Assembly: GCF_049969415.1 (NCBI RefSeq)
Contig: NZ_JBMFOX010000002.1
Span: 41,467 to 105,466, forward strand
Reading direction: 5' to 3'
DNA from: Candidatus Hadarchaeum sp.
Lineage (GTDB): Archaea > Hadarchaeota > Hadarchaeia > Hadarchaeales > Hadarchaeaceae
DNA: 64,000 nt
Below the pieces are notes generated by a model that had not been told where the DNA came from, searched no databases, and was given only the letters and a program-made list of their open reading frames with translations. The position numbers and the translations under genes are program-made. Positions 56,880-64,000 of the stretch are shown one piece after another (positions within the stretch are counted from its first letter, which is position 1; every line of letters starts with the position of its first letter).

Positions 56880-58064
56880 ATGATGAGAAGGGTTTACTTG
56901 GATCATGCCGCTGGTAGGCCGGTAGATGCCCGCGTCATCGAGGCCATGCTCCCTTACTTCATCCAGAAGTACGGGAATCCTTCCCTGGTCCACACCCCTG
57001 GCAATGAAGCCCGCGAGGCGATTGAAGTAGCTCGTGAAAAAGTGGCGAGGCTAATCGGGGCTTCCAAAAAGGAGGAGATCGTTTTTACCTCTGGAGCCAC
57101 GGAGAGCAATAATCTGGCCCTGAAGGGGGTGGCGTTGAGAAACCGTGACCGCGGCAATCACATTATCACTAGTTCCATCGAGCACATGTCGGTGATCAAC
57201 GTCTGTAAGGATCTGGCGAAGCAGGGGTTTGAGATCACCTATCTGCCCGTGGACAGATACGGCGTGGTCGATGTTGAGGCCCTGAAAAAGGAGATGACGG
57301 AGAGAACGGTTCTGGTGTCGATAATGTACGCCAACGGCGAAATCGGGACCATCGAGCCGATTAAAGAGATCAGCGACGTAGTTCACGACCACGGCGCATT
57401 GCTGCACGTGGATGCCGTGGCCGCCGCAGGACAGATTCCGATAGATGTCGAGGCGGAGCATGTCGATTTGCTTTCGCTTTCGTCCAACGATATTTACGGC
57501 CCCCGCGGTGTGGGAGCCCTCTACATCAGGTCGGGAACCCGGATCATGCCAATTTTGCAAGGGGGCGGTCAGGAGCGGGGACTGAGGTCGGGGACGGAGA
57601 ACTTGCCCGGCATCGTTGGAATGGGCAAGGCCGCTGAGATTGCTGGCGCTGAGATGGAGGTAGAATCGCGAAGGTTGACAGTGTTGCGGGATAGGTTGAT
57701 CCGAGGCATTCTGGAGACCATCCCGGTTTCCTTTCTCAACGGACATCCGACTAACCGGCTGCCAAACAACGCCAACGTCCGGTTTAGCTACATCGAAGGC
57801 GAGGCCCTGATATTGAGCTTGGACATGGAGGGTGTGGTCTGCTCCTCCGGTTCTGCCTGCACCTCGAAGACGCTCGAGCCCTCCCACGTGTTGCTGGCCA
57901 CAGGACTGAAGCACGAGGAGGCGCACGGGTCGCTCCTGTTTACTCTCGGGAGGCAGAACACTGAAGAGGATATGGAGTACGTGTTGGGTTTATTACCTGG
58001 AATTGTGAAAAGGTTGCGGGTAATGTCTCCGCTCACGCCGAAGGAGTTGGTTGCTGATGTATAG
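56880..58064 (+). CDS. iscS: Cysteine desulfurase IscS/NifS
   Basis: YLDHAA, GNPS, FTSGATESNN, RSGTEN, SSGSAC; PLP-site reads SSNDIYGP instead of S.HK.YGP. Confidence 0.9.
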   Translation: MMRRVYLDHAAGRPVDARVIEAMLPYFIQKYGNPSLVHTPGNEAREAIEVAREKVARLIGASKKEEIVFTSGATESNNLALKGVALRNRDRGNHIITSSIEHMSVINVCKDLAKQGFEITYLPVDRYGVVDVEALKKEMTERTVLVSIMYANGEIGTIEPIKEISDVVHDHGALLHVDAVAAAGQIPIDVEAEHVDLLSLSSNDIYGPRGVGALYIRSGTRIMPILQGGGQERGLRSGTENLPGIVGMGKAAEIAGAEMEVESRRLTVLRDRLIRGILETIPVSFLNGHPTNRLPNNANVRFSYIEGEALILSLDMEGVVCSSGSACTSKTLEPSHVLLATGLKHEEAHGSLLFTLGRQNTEEDMEYVLGLLPGIVKRLRVMSPLTPKELVADV

Positions 58065-58434
58065 CGATAAGGTGATGGAACACTTCAGGAACCCGCGCAA
58101 CATGGGGGAGATTCCGGATGCCGATGGCGTTGGCACCGTGGGCAACCCCGTCTGCGGGGACATGATGACGATCTACATCAAGGTAAAGGACAACAGGATC
58201 GCCGACATCAAGTTCAAGACCTTTGGCTGCGGTGCCGCGATAGCTACCAGCAGCATGACCACCGAGCTGGCCAAGGGCAAGACCATTGAGGAGGCGCTGC
58301 GGATCACCAGGGAGGATGTGGCCAGGGATTTGGGAGGACTGCCTCCCGTGAAGATGCACTGTTCCAATCTGGCCGCGGACGCGTTGCATGCAGCGATAAA
58401 GGATTACCTGCAAAAGGAGGTAAAAAATGACTGA
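58057..58434 (+). CDS. iscU: Fe-S cluster scaffold IscU/NifU
   Basis: HFRNPRN, NPVCGD, FGCGAAIA, LPPVKMHCS. Confidence 0.96.
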   Translation: MYSDKVMEHFRNPRNMGEIPDADGVGTVGNPVCGDMMTIYIKVKDNRIADIKFKTFGCGAAIATSSMTTELAKGKTIEEALRITREDVARDLGGLPPVKMHCSNLAADALHAAIKDYLQKEVKND

Positions 58435-58582
58435 GTTTGTAAGGTGCCGGATGTGTGGCTTGGAGCTGCGTGGCGAGAAGTGCCTCTTTGCCACACATCG
58501 AAGGGTGATTGGTGGTAGAGAATATCTCTTTTGTTGCGAAAAGCATGCTGAGGAATTTGAGAAGAAAATGGCGAAAAAGTAA
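58427..58582 (+). CDS. Small TRASH/YHS-like metal-binding protein (51 aa, not in ORF track)
   Basis: Own translation MTEFVRCRMCGLELRGEKCLFATHRRVIGGREYLFCCEKHAEEFEKKMAKK; SD AAGGAGGT; overlaps the iscU end. Confidence 0.8.
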   Translation: MTEFVRCRMCGLELRGEKCLFATHRRVIGGREYLFCCEKHAEEFEKKMAKK

Positions 58583-58605
58583 AGTCAGATTTTTTCTCTA
58601 AATCC

Positions 58606-58615
58606 CAAATAAAAA
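58606..58615 (-). terminator. Oligo-U terminator of ncRNA copy 2
   Basis: Minus strand UUUUUAUUUG directly after the terminal stem. Confidence 0.55.
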
Positions 58616-58849
58616 GCGGCAGGGACTCGATCCCTCCACTACTCGTCCAGCGAGCTTGCGAATCTCGACCACTTCGCTCACTCGCCGTCTTTTCGTGTTG
58701 GGATCTTTTTCCTGCAGTCGCTGTCTCGTCCCGTTCCCCCACGGGACTTACCCGCGTCCTTCCCCGGTTTTTCGCCCGGGTTTTTACACGGGTCCCCGTT
58801 GCCCGTAGGCTCCGGTTCGACCACCTCTGCAGGCTTTGATCCCTGCCGC
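58616..58849 (-). ncRNA. Unassigned structured ncRNA, copy 2 (234 nt)
   Basis: 10-bp terminal stem GCGGCAGGGA/UCCCUGCCGC; cUACGg tetraloop; same stem order and junction motifs as 43690-43889; own promoter and U-tract. Confidence 0.8.
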
Positions 58850-58870
58850 ACTATTATCTACGTGTCTTTG

Positions 58871-58886
58871 TTTTTAAAGATTTTTT
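58871..58886 (-). promoter_or_regulatory. BRE + TATA promoter of ncRNA copy 2
   Basis: Minus strand AAAAAATC TTTAAAAA, with the TATA at about -29 to -22 from the first G. Confidence 0.65.
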
Positions 58887-59032
58887 GCCAAGTTGAGATA
58901 TTTCAGAATTGGGAAATGTGAAAAAAGATGATTGTTTCAGTAATTCGGATTTTATTTCACCCGATTTTGTAATTTTGCATTTTTATTTGGCCGGAAGAAG
59001 AAGCGATTGGAAAAGAGCAAAAATAACTGAAC

Positions 59033-60070
59033 TTACGAATCGAAATATGCCGGGCTGTCACTTTGCGATGATTTCAAAATCGCCAGCGACATCTCCAGCG
59101 CTTTTTTGGCGTCTGAGAGTTTCACCAGCGGCTCTTCGCCTTTTAGCGCCACCGACTTGAGAAAATATTCGTCCTCGGGCTTGTGCCCCCATTTCTCAGG
59201 CCGTGACAGCTTTAGCGGGTACTCCGTCACCCTTCCGCCCGATTTCAGGATTACCTTCTCCGGACCGTCCACGATTATGGTGCCGCTTTCGCCCGTGATT
59301 TCCATCCTAAGCGGTGGCCCCGGGACGCTGCTATCCTCACTGGCAAACATGTTGGTCCAGACGACGTCGTTTCTGAACTTGATGGCGTTGAAAACCCGGT
59401 ACCCCCAGGTGCCGTACTTGGGCAGCTCCAGCCAATCAATCTTTGCTGTCAGCGAGGCCGGCTCCGAGTTCAGCACCCATCGAGTCAGGTCCATGCAGAA
59501 GATGGTCATCGTTATTATCGGGCCTCCGGTGGCCCTGTTCCAGGCCCATGATCCCGGCGCCCATTGCCTTGCTAGGCTGTCCGCGGGCACAAATTCGGTA
59601 AAGCTAATGGATATCGGATTGCCGATTTCACCCGCGTCGAGGAGATCCTTTACTTTTCGGAAACAGGGGGCGAACCGGTAGCAGAGCCCAGGCATCACCC
59701 GAACGTTTTTGGTCCTTGCCAGTTCACTGAGGCGGTCTATTCCTTGAGGCGTGTCTGAAGGGGGACATTCCAGAAGGGCGGTCTTACCGGCCCGCAAGAT
59801 TCCACTGGCGATGGTCTCCATGAATCTTGGAGGCACGGCGCAGATGACCGCCTCGACATCAGGGTCGTTGGTCATCTCTTCAATTTCAGTGTAAAACTTT
59901 TTCACCTTGAACCCCAAGCCGGCGGCGAACTCCTTAAACTTTTCGTGTTCTGCGGGAAACTTGGACCAGGCGGCAACTATTTCTGCTTTCGGTATCTCGG
60001 CCAGGGCCCTGGAATGGATCCGGGCCATAAATCCCAAGCCGGCAAGCCCAATCCCAACTTTTTCCATCAA
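59033..60070 (-). CDS. Gfo/Idh/MocA family oxidoreductase
   Basis: GLAGLGFMA Rossmann fold, LLECPP (EKP-like), RFAP, GEIG. Confidence 0.85.
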   Translation of the reverse strand: MMEKVGIGLAGLGFMARIHSRALAEIPKAEIVAAWSKFPAEHEKFKEFAAGLGFKVKKFYTEIEEMTNDPDVEAVICAVPPRFMETIASGILRAGKTALLECPPSDTPQGIDRLSELARTKNVRVMPGLCYRFAPCFRKVKDLLDAGEIGNPISISFTEFVPADSLARQWAPGSWAWNRATGGPIITMTIFCMDLTRWVLNSEPASLTAKIDWLELPKYGTWGYRVFNAIKFRNDVVWTNMFASEDSSVPGPPLRMEITGESGTIIVDGPEKVILKSGGRVTEYPLKLSRPEKWGHKPEDEYFLKSVALKGEEPLVKLSDAKKALEMSLAILKSSQSDSPAYFDS

Positions 60071-60136
60071 AAAATAGTTTGGAGAGGTTGGTTTAAAATT
60101 TCCGAGCCTTTTTTCTTTTGGAAGCAGAAACAGAAG

Positions 60137-60889
60137 ATGATGATAAAGATCGGTTGCTGCGGTTGGGGTTTCTACAAAGGCGGGCTAAAGGCCTATGCGC
60201 AAAAGTTTTCACTGGTTGAGTGTCAGCAGACTTTCTACAAGCTACCTATGGTAAAGACCGCCCAGAGGTGGCGTGACGAGGTCCCGAAGGATTTTGAGAT
60301 AACCGTGAAGGCCTGGCAGACCATCACCCACCACCCCTCGAGCCCGACCTGGAGGCGCTCCGGGCTGAAGCTGACGCCGGAGCAGGAGAGAAATTACGGC
60401 TGGCTCCGGCCTACCAAGGAAAATTTTGGGGCTTGGCAGCGCGTCAGGGAGATTTGCGTTGCCCTGAGGGCGGAAATTTGCGTCCTGCAGACACCCCCGA
60501 ACTTCGGATGCACCGATGAGAACATTAAGAACCTGAGCCGTTTTTTGGATAATATCGACCGAAGGGGCCTTGTTCTGGCTTGGGAACCACGCGGCGACTG
60601 GCGCGAAAATGAGGCCAAGGTCAAGAAACTCTGCCGGGATTTAGACCTCGTCCACGTGGTTGACCTCATGCGCCGTTATCCCGTGTCGGAAGCCTCGATC
60701 GCTTATACCAGACTACACGGCCTGAACCCGCGCGAGTATGACTACCGTTACTATTACACGAAGGAGGAACTCAGGGAGTTGGCGAGGCGGGTTAAGGAAC
60801 TGGAAAAAGTTCATGAGAAGGTTTACGTTATGTTCAACAACACAGAAATGTACCAGAATGCTCTGGAGCTGGTAGAATTAATTAAATGA
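60137..60889 (+). CDS. DUF72 family protein
   Basis: IGCCGW, VECQQTFY, VKAWQTITH, LQTPPNF, WEPRG, YTRLHG, MFNN. Confidence 0.9.
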   Translation: MMIKIGCCGWGFYKGGLKAYAQKFSLVECQQTFYKLPMVKTAQRWRDEVPKDFEITVKAWQTITHHPSSPTWRRSGLKLTPEQERNYGWLRPTKENFGAWQRVREICVALRAEICVLQTPPNFGCTDENIKNLSRFLDNIDRRGLVLAWEPRGDWRENEAKVKKLCRDLDLVHVVDLMRRYPVSEASIAYTRLHGLNPREYDYRYYYTKEELRELARRVKELEKVHEKVYVMFNNTEMYQNALELVELIK

Positions 60890-60956
60890 GGTTCCTTGGC
60901 ACGCGTCTTTCAAGCAGTCGGCCGGTTAACGCTTATTTTTTGCGGTTCTCTTGGAG

Positions 60957-61460
60957 CTATGGATAGGTGGATTCTGGAGGGATTACTCCGTCTCTACCAA
61001 TTCTTACTAGCTCGTAGATAATGCCTAGGAGGGGCTCCGTGTCCAAGTAGTAGAACTCGACGCCCTTGCATTTGCCGCTCATAAGGACTTTGATTCCCAT
61101 GGCCTCAAACGCGGCGAGTTCCTTTTTCAGGTCCTCTTTTTGATATTTAGCTAGGTGGTGGATGCCCTCACCTTTCTTCTCCAGAAATTCTTCATAGATG
61201 TTTGGCCCCGTTAACGGTTCTATCAGTTCTAGCTCTATGCCGCCCACCCTCGCCAGCGCTATCTTCATAGAATATTCCGCGGGCACCCCCCGCAGTTTGG
61301 TGTTTCTGAGGTCCGGTGGCGCGTAGCGATGAATTCTCCAGGGCCCAATTCCCAAAGTTTCCCAATATCTCTTAACCGCAACATCAATGTTTTTTGTGAC
61401 AATTCCTATCTGCGAAATTTTGCTAACCCTAATTTTTGGCCTGCCGGGATTGTTGGGCAT
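60957..61460 (-). CDS. VOC/glyoxalase family (methylmalonyl-CoA epimerase-like)
   Basis: QIGIV, LGIGPW, ELELIEP, GEGIHHL, YLDT..G..YEL. Confidence 0.85.
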   Translation of the reverse strand: MPNNPGRPKIRVSKISQIGIVTKNIDVAVKRYWETLGIGPWRIHRYAPPDLRNTKLRGVPAEYSMKIALARVGGIELELIEPLTGPNIYEEFLEKKGEGIHHLAKYQKEDLKKELAAFEAMGIKVLMSGKCKGVEFYYLDTEPLLGIIYELVRIGRDGVIPPESTYP

Positions 61461-61549
61461 TCAGATCAATTCAACTCAGGTCCAAAGGTAAAAAGAGTTA
61501 AGGTTGCGTGCAGTTCAAATGTCGTCTTTGGAATTCTTAAATCCCACAT

Positions 61550-61650
61550 TGGTGCGGGGGAGGGGATTTGAACCCCCGAACTCCTAAGAGACCAGATCTT
61601 GAGTTACGCCCGGCTGTCTGGCGCCGTTGACCTGGCTTGGCTACCCCCGC
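61550..61650 (-). tRNA. tRNA-Leu(CAA) with encoded CCA and a 13-nt intron at position 30/31 (61605-61617)
   Basis: GCGGGGG acceptor, D-loop, anticodon arm CCAGA-CUCAAGA-UCUGG after intron removal, long variable arm, GUUCAAAUC T-loop. Confidence 0.95.
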
Positions 61651-61694
61651 AGTAAAGAGTTTTTGTTATGGGTTAATTAAATATGCGGGGAAAC

Positions 61695-62861
61695 ATGGCA
61701 GAGTTCGAGTCCCGGAGCGCCTTTGAGCATATAGACAAGCTGGCCTACGAGATCGGCCCCCGTCTGGCCGGAAGCCGCGGTGACCGACAGGCGGCCGATT
61801 ACATCCGCAAGCAGTTTGAGAACCTCGGGCTCAAGGTTAGGATTCAGGAGTTTAAGTTCGTTGGTCACACCCTTCGCACTAAGGTTGCGGCGGCGCTATT
61901 GGCATTAGCCTTCCTTCTCACCTTGTTTTTGTCGCCGGAGTTTTCGCTGCTTTCTTGGCTGGCAGCGTTGGTGCTGTGGCGCTATCTGGAAAAACTGCTG
62001 CCCAAGCGCGTCAGCCAGAACATTATCGCGGTCAAGGAGGTCGAGGCGCCTAAGAAACGGGTGGCCCTGACCGCCCACTACGACTCCGCTCCTTGCACGA
62101 TTAGCTTCAGGCTCAGCCTCCTCGTCAGGTTTACCTTCTTGCCGCTAGTCCTTGTGGTCACGGCATCGCTTTTGCTAAGGGTGGCGGGAATGATCCCGGA
62201 TTGGCCGCTGGTGTGGGCAGTTCTGGCGATTTTCTTCCTACCAGTCTGCGGGGCGAGCTTCATAGCCGCGGGCGGCAGGCGCGTCTCCCCGGGTGCGGAA
62301 GACAACGCCTCCGGGGTGGCGGTGATGCTGGAATCGGCCCGTGTCCTTACTGAACAACCGCTTCCGGAAACCACGATGTTCTTCATCGCCTTTGGGGCTG
62401 AGGAGCAGGGATTGATTGGATCAAAAAGGCTGGCTCGGGAAAAACTCATCCCCAAGGACACGTTGGTGCTGAACTTGGACATGGTTGGAGCCAGCAACCA
62501 GCCCTACGTCATCGAGGGCAACGGGATCATCAGGCGGGTGAGGACCTCGGAAGCCCTGAACCAGAAGCTGCTCGTTGCCATCAGCAATCTTGGCCTCAAA
62601 CCAAAGCTCTGGTGGGCCGCCCTAGCCGGACACGACCACATCCCGCTGCTTCGGGCCGGCATCCAGGCCACCACCTTTACCTTTGACGCGGTGGGGGTGG
62701 ATAAACTCGGCCAGAGAATCGCGAGGTTCTTCAGGCTGCCGAACGCAAGAATCAGAGGCTATCGGTACCTCCACAGCTACTACGACCTTCCCGACCACGT
62801 CAACGTCGAGACCATTGAGAGGGCCGGGGCGGTTGTGGCCGAGTTCCTTAAAATGATTTAA
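61695..62861 (+). CDS. M28-family metallopeptidase with internal TM helices
   Basis: IGPRLAGS, TAHYDS, GAEDNASG, GAEEQGL.GS, NLDMVG, DH, H...D. Confidence 0.88.
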   Translation: MAEFESRSAFEHIDKLAYEIGPRLAGSRGDRQAADYIRKQFENLGLKVRIQEFKFVGHTLRTKVAAALLALAFLLTLFLSPEFSLLSWLAALVLWRYLEKLLPKRVSQNIIAVKEVEAPKKRVALTAHYDSAPCTISFRLSLLVRFTFLPLVLVVTASLLLRVAGMIPDWPLVWAVLAIFFLPVCGASFIAAGGRRVSPGAEDNASGVAVMLESARVLTEQPLPETTMFFIAFGAEEQGLIGSKRLAREKLIPKDTLVLNLDMVGASNQPYVIEGNGIIRRVRTSEALNQKLLVAISNLGLKPKLWWAALAGHDHIPLLRAGIQATTFTFDAVGVDKLGQRIARFFRLPNARIRGYRYLHSYYDLPDHVNVETIERAGAVVAEFLKMI

Positions 62862-62890
62862 ACCGCGGCGCAGAGTAGTCTCGGGGTTCC

Positions 62891-63385
62891 TTGGCGCTAA
62901 TCGGGCTGATGTCGGACACGCACGACAAGCTGGATGCGGTCGAAAGGGCCATAGCATTTTTCAACCAAGCCAAGGTCACCCACGTCCTCCACGCCGGGGA
63001 TCTGAACTCTCCTTTCGTGGTCCCGAAATTTTCCAAGCTGAAAGCGAGGCTCCACTATGTGTGGGGAAACAATGACGGCGACCGGGAGACGATAGCCGCG
63101 AGGTTTGATGAGCTTGGCTTGCCCGAGCCGCAGAACTTTGCCTCGTTGCGTCTGGGGGGCCGCAGGATTGCCCTGCTTCACGGAACCCATCCGGAGATAA
63201 TCGAGGCCATCATCAGGTCAGGAAAATATGATGTGGTGGTCCGGGGCCACACCCACCGGGTCAAGGTGTTTGGACGGAAGCCGCTGGTGGTTAATCCCGG
63301 GGAGGTCTGCGGCTATTTGACCGGCAGGGAGACGGTGGCCACGCTTGACCTGGAAAGGTTGCGCGTGAGGATCGTGGAACTGTAG
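62891..63385 (+). CDS. YfcE/MJ0936-family phosphodiesterase
   Basis: SDTHD, HAGD, GNND, HG, GHTH, NPGE. Confidence 0.92.
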   Translation: MALIGLMSDTHDKLDAVERAIAFFNQAKVTHVLHAGDLNSPFVVPKFSKLKARLHYVWGNNDGDRETIAARFDELGLPEPQNFASLRLGGRRIALLHGTHPEIIEAIIRSGKYDVVVRGHTHRVKVFGRKPLVVNPGEVCGYLTGRETVATLDLERLRVRIVEL

Positions 63386-63427
63386 GGAATTATTAACTTC
63401 AGAAGATAACTCGATTGGGCGAACCCA

Positions 63428-64000
63428 TTGATCGAGATCATGATTCTGGCCGTGGCCTTTTTCTTGGTCTGGAACCTAGGCGCCAACAACACCGCCAATT
63501 GCGTTGGGGTCTCGGTCGGCGGCGGGGTCATCGGATATCGCCGAGCGATTGCAATCGTGATAATTTTTGTTCTCCTAGGCGCGGTTCTCGAGGGTTGGAA
63601 GAACATGAGGACGGTCGGTGAGGGGATTATCCTACCTACAGCTTCGGGAATGAATCCGCTCTCCCTCTTTCCCCGGGCAGCTTTGGCCAGCCTCACCGCC
63701 GCCGCTGCGTGGATGTTTGCGGCTACCTTTTTCGGCATTCCGATGTCGGTTTCTCTTTCCACGGTCAGCGCGGTTGTCGGAGCAGGCCTGGCGATGAGCT
63801 TCACTCATCCTGAGCTCGTCTTGGGCCTGCAGTACTCCAGACTTTCGGCAATCGTCATTTCTTGGGCGCTGAACCCCGTCTTTTCGGCCCTCATGTCGTT
63901 TCTGATCTACCGGATTGTCGCCGCCAGCCTGCGCCGAATCAAAAACATGCTCCTTTTTAACCGAGCCCTAAAAGTTCTCCTCTTGGTCGCCTCCGCCTAC
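63428..64000 (+). CDS. PiT-family inorganic phosphate transporter (runs off the window end; not in ORF track)
   Basis: Own translation LIEIMILAVAFFLVWNLGANNTANCVGVSVGGG...ATFFGIPMSVS..SWALNP; frame open to 64000. Confidence 0.85.
   Translation, partial: MIEIMILAVAFFLVWNLGANNTANCVGVSVGGGVIGYRRAIAIVIIFVLLGAVLEGWKNMRTVGEGIILPTASGMNPLSLFPRAALASLTAAAAWMFAATFFGIPMSVSLSTVSAVVGAGLAMSFTHPELVLGLQYSRLSAIVISWALNPVFSALMSFLIYRIVAASLRRIKNMLLFNRALKVLLLVASAY

Noticed and set aside
58616-58849. MITE interpretation of the two elements with terminal inverted repeats
   Set aside because: Termini differ between copies, no target-site duplications or transposase are seen, and internal conservation is of pairing rather than sequence, with strand-specific tetraloops and promoters.
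63428-63510. PiT signature GANN instead of GAND
   Set aside because: A single substitution that I believe is common in archaeal PiT homologues; the gene is truncated by the window, so it cannot be evaluated.
1-64000. CRISPR arrays, rRNA, transposases, integrases, defence systems
   Set aside because: No spaced direct repeats or recognisable genes of these types were seen. The many long antisense ORFs in the track are shadows of real genes.

Overview
Gene-dense archaeal chromosome segment (archaeal histone, rps24e/rps27ae, aIF-2beta, proteasome beta, Cgi121, Dph6, intron-containing tRNA-Leu). The gene set looks euryarchaeal-like, possibly Hadarchaeia; this is inference, not established from the sequence. 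Content is mostly housekeeping: Mo/W-cofactor synthesis, aro genes, glnA/gdhA, an Isc/TusA sulfur-relay operon, purine/pyrimidine-catabolism accessory genes, a type IV pilus-like locus and a eukaryote-like topoisomerase IB. The main unexplained signal is a pair of GC-rich, non-coding, minus-strand elements (43690-43889 and 58616-58849). Each has its own BRE/TATA promoter, and by manual folding they share the same multi-junction structure, with compensatory changes in the stems and conserved junction nucleotides. They look like two paralogues of a structured ~200-235 nt ncRNA family that I cannot match to a family I know. Other notable items: a candidate DNA-uptake module (TctA-family permease, anchored OB-fold protein, anchored nuclease), several apparent pseudo-enzymes, a divergent histone, probable CUG/AUC start codons and a non-canonical 30/31 tRNA intron. 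No CRISPR array, rRNA or transposase was seen. All product calls are from motif recognition by eye; no database searches were run.
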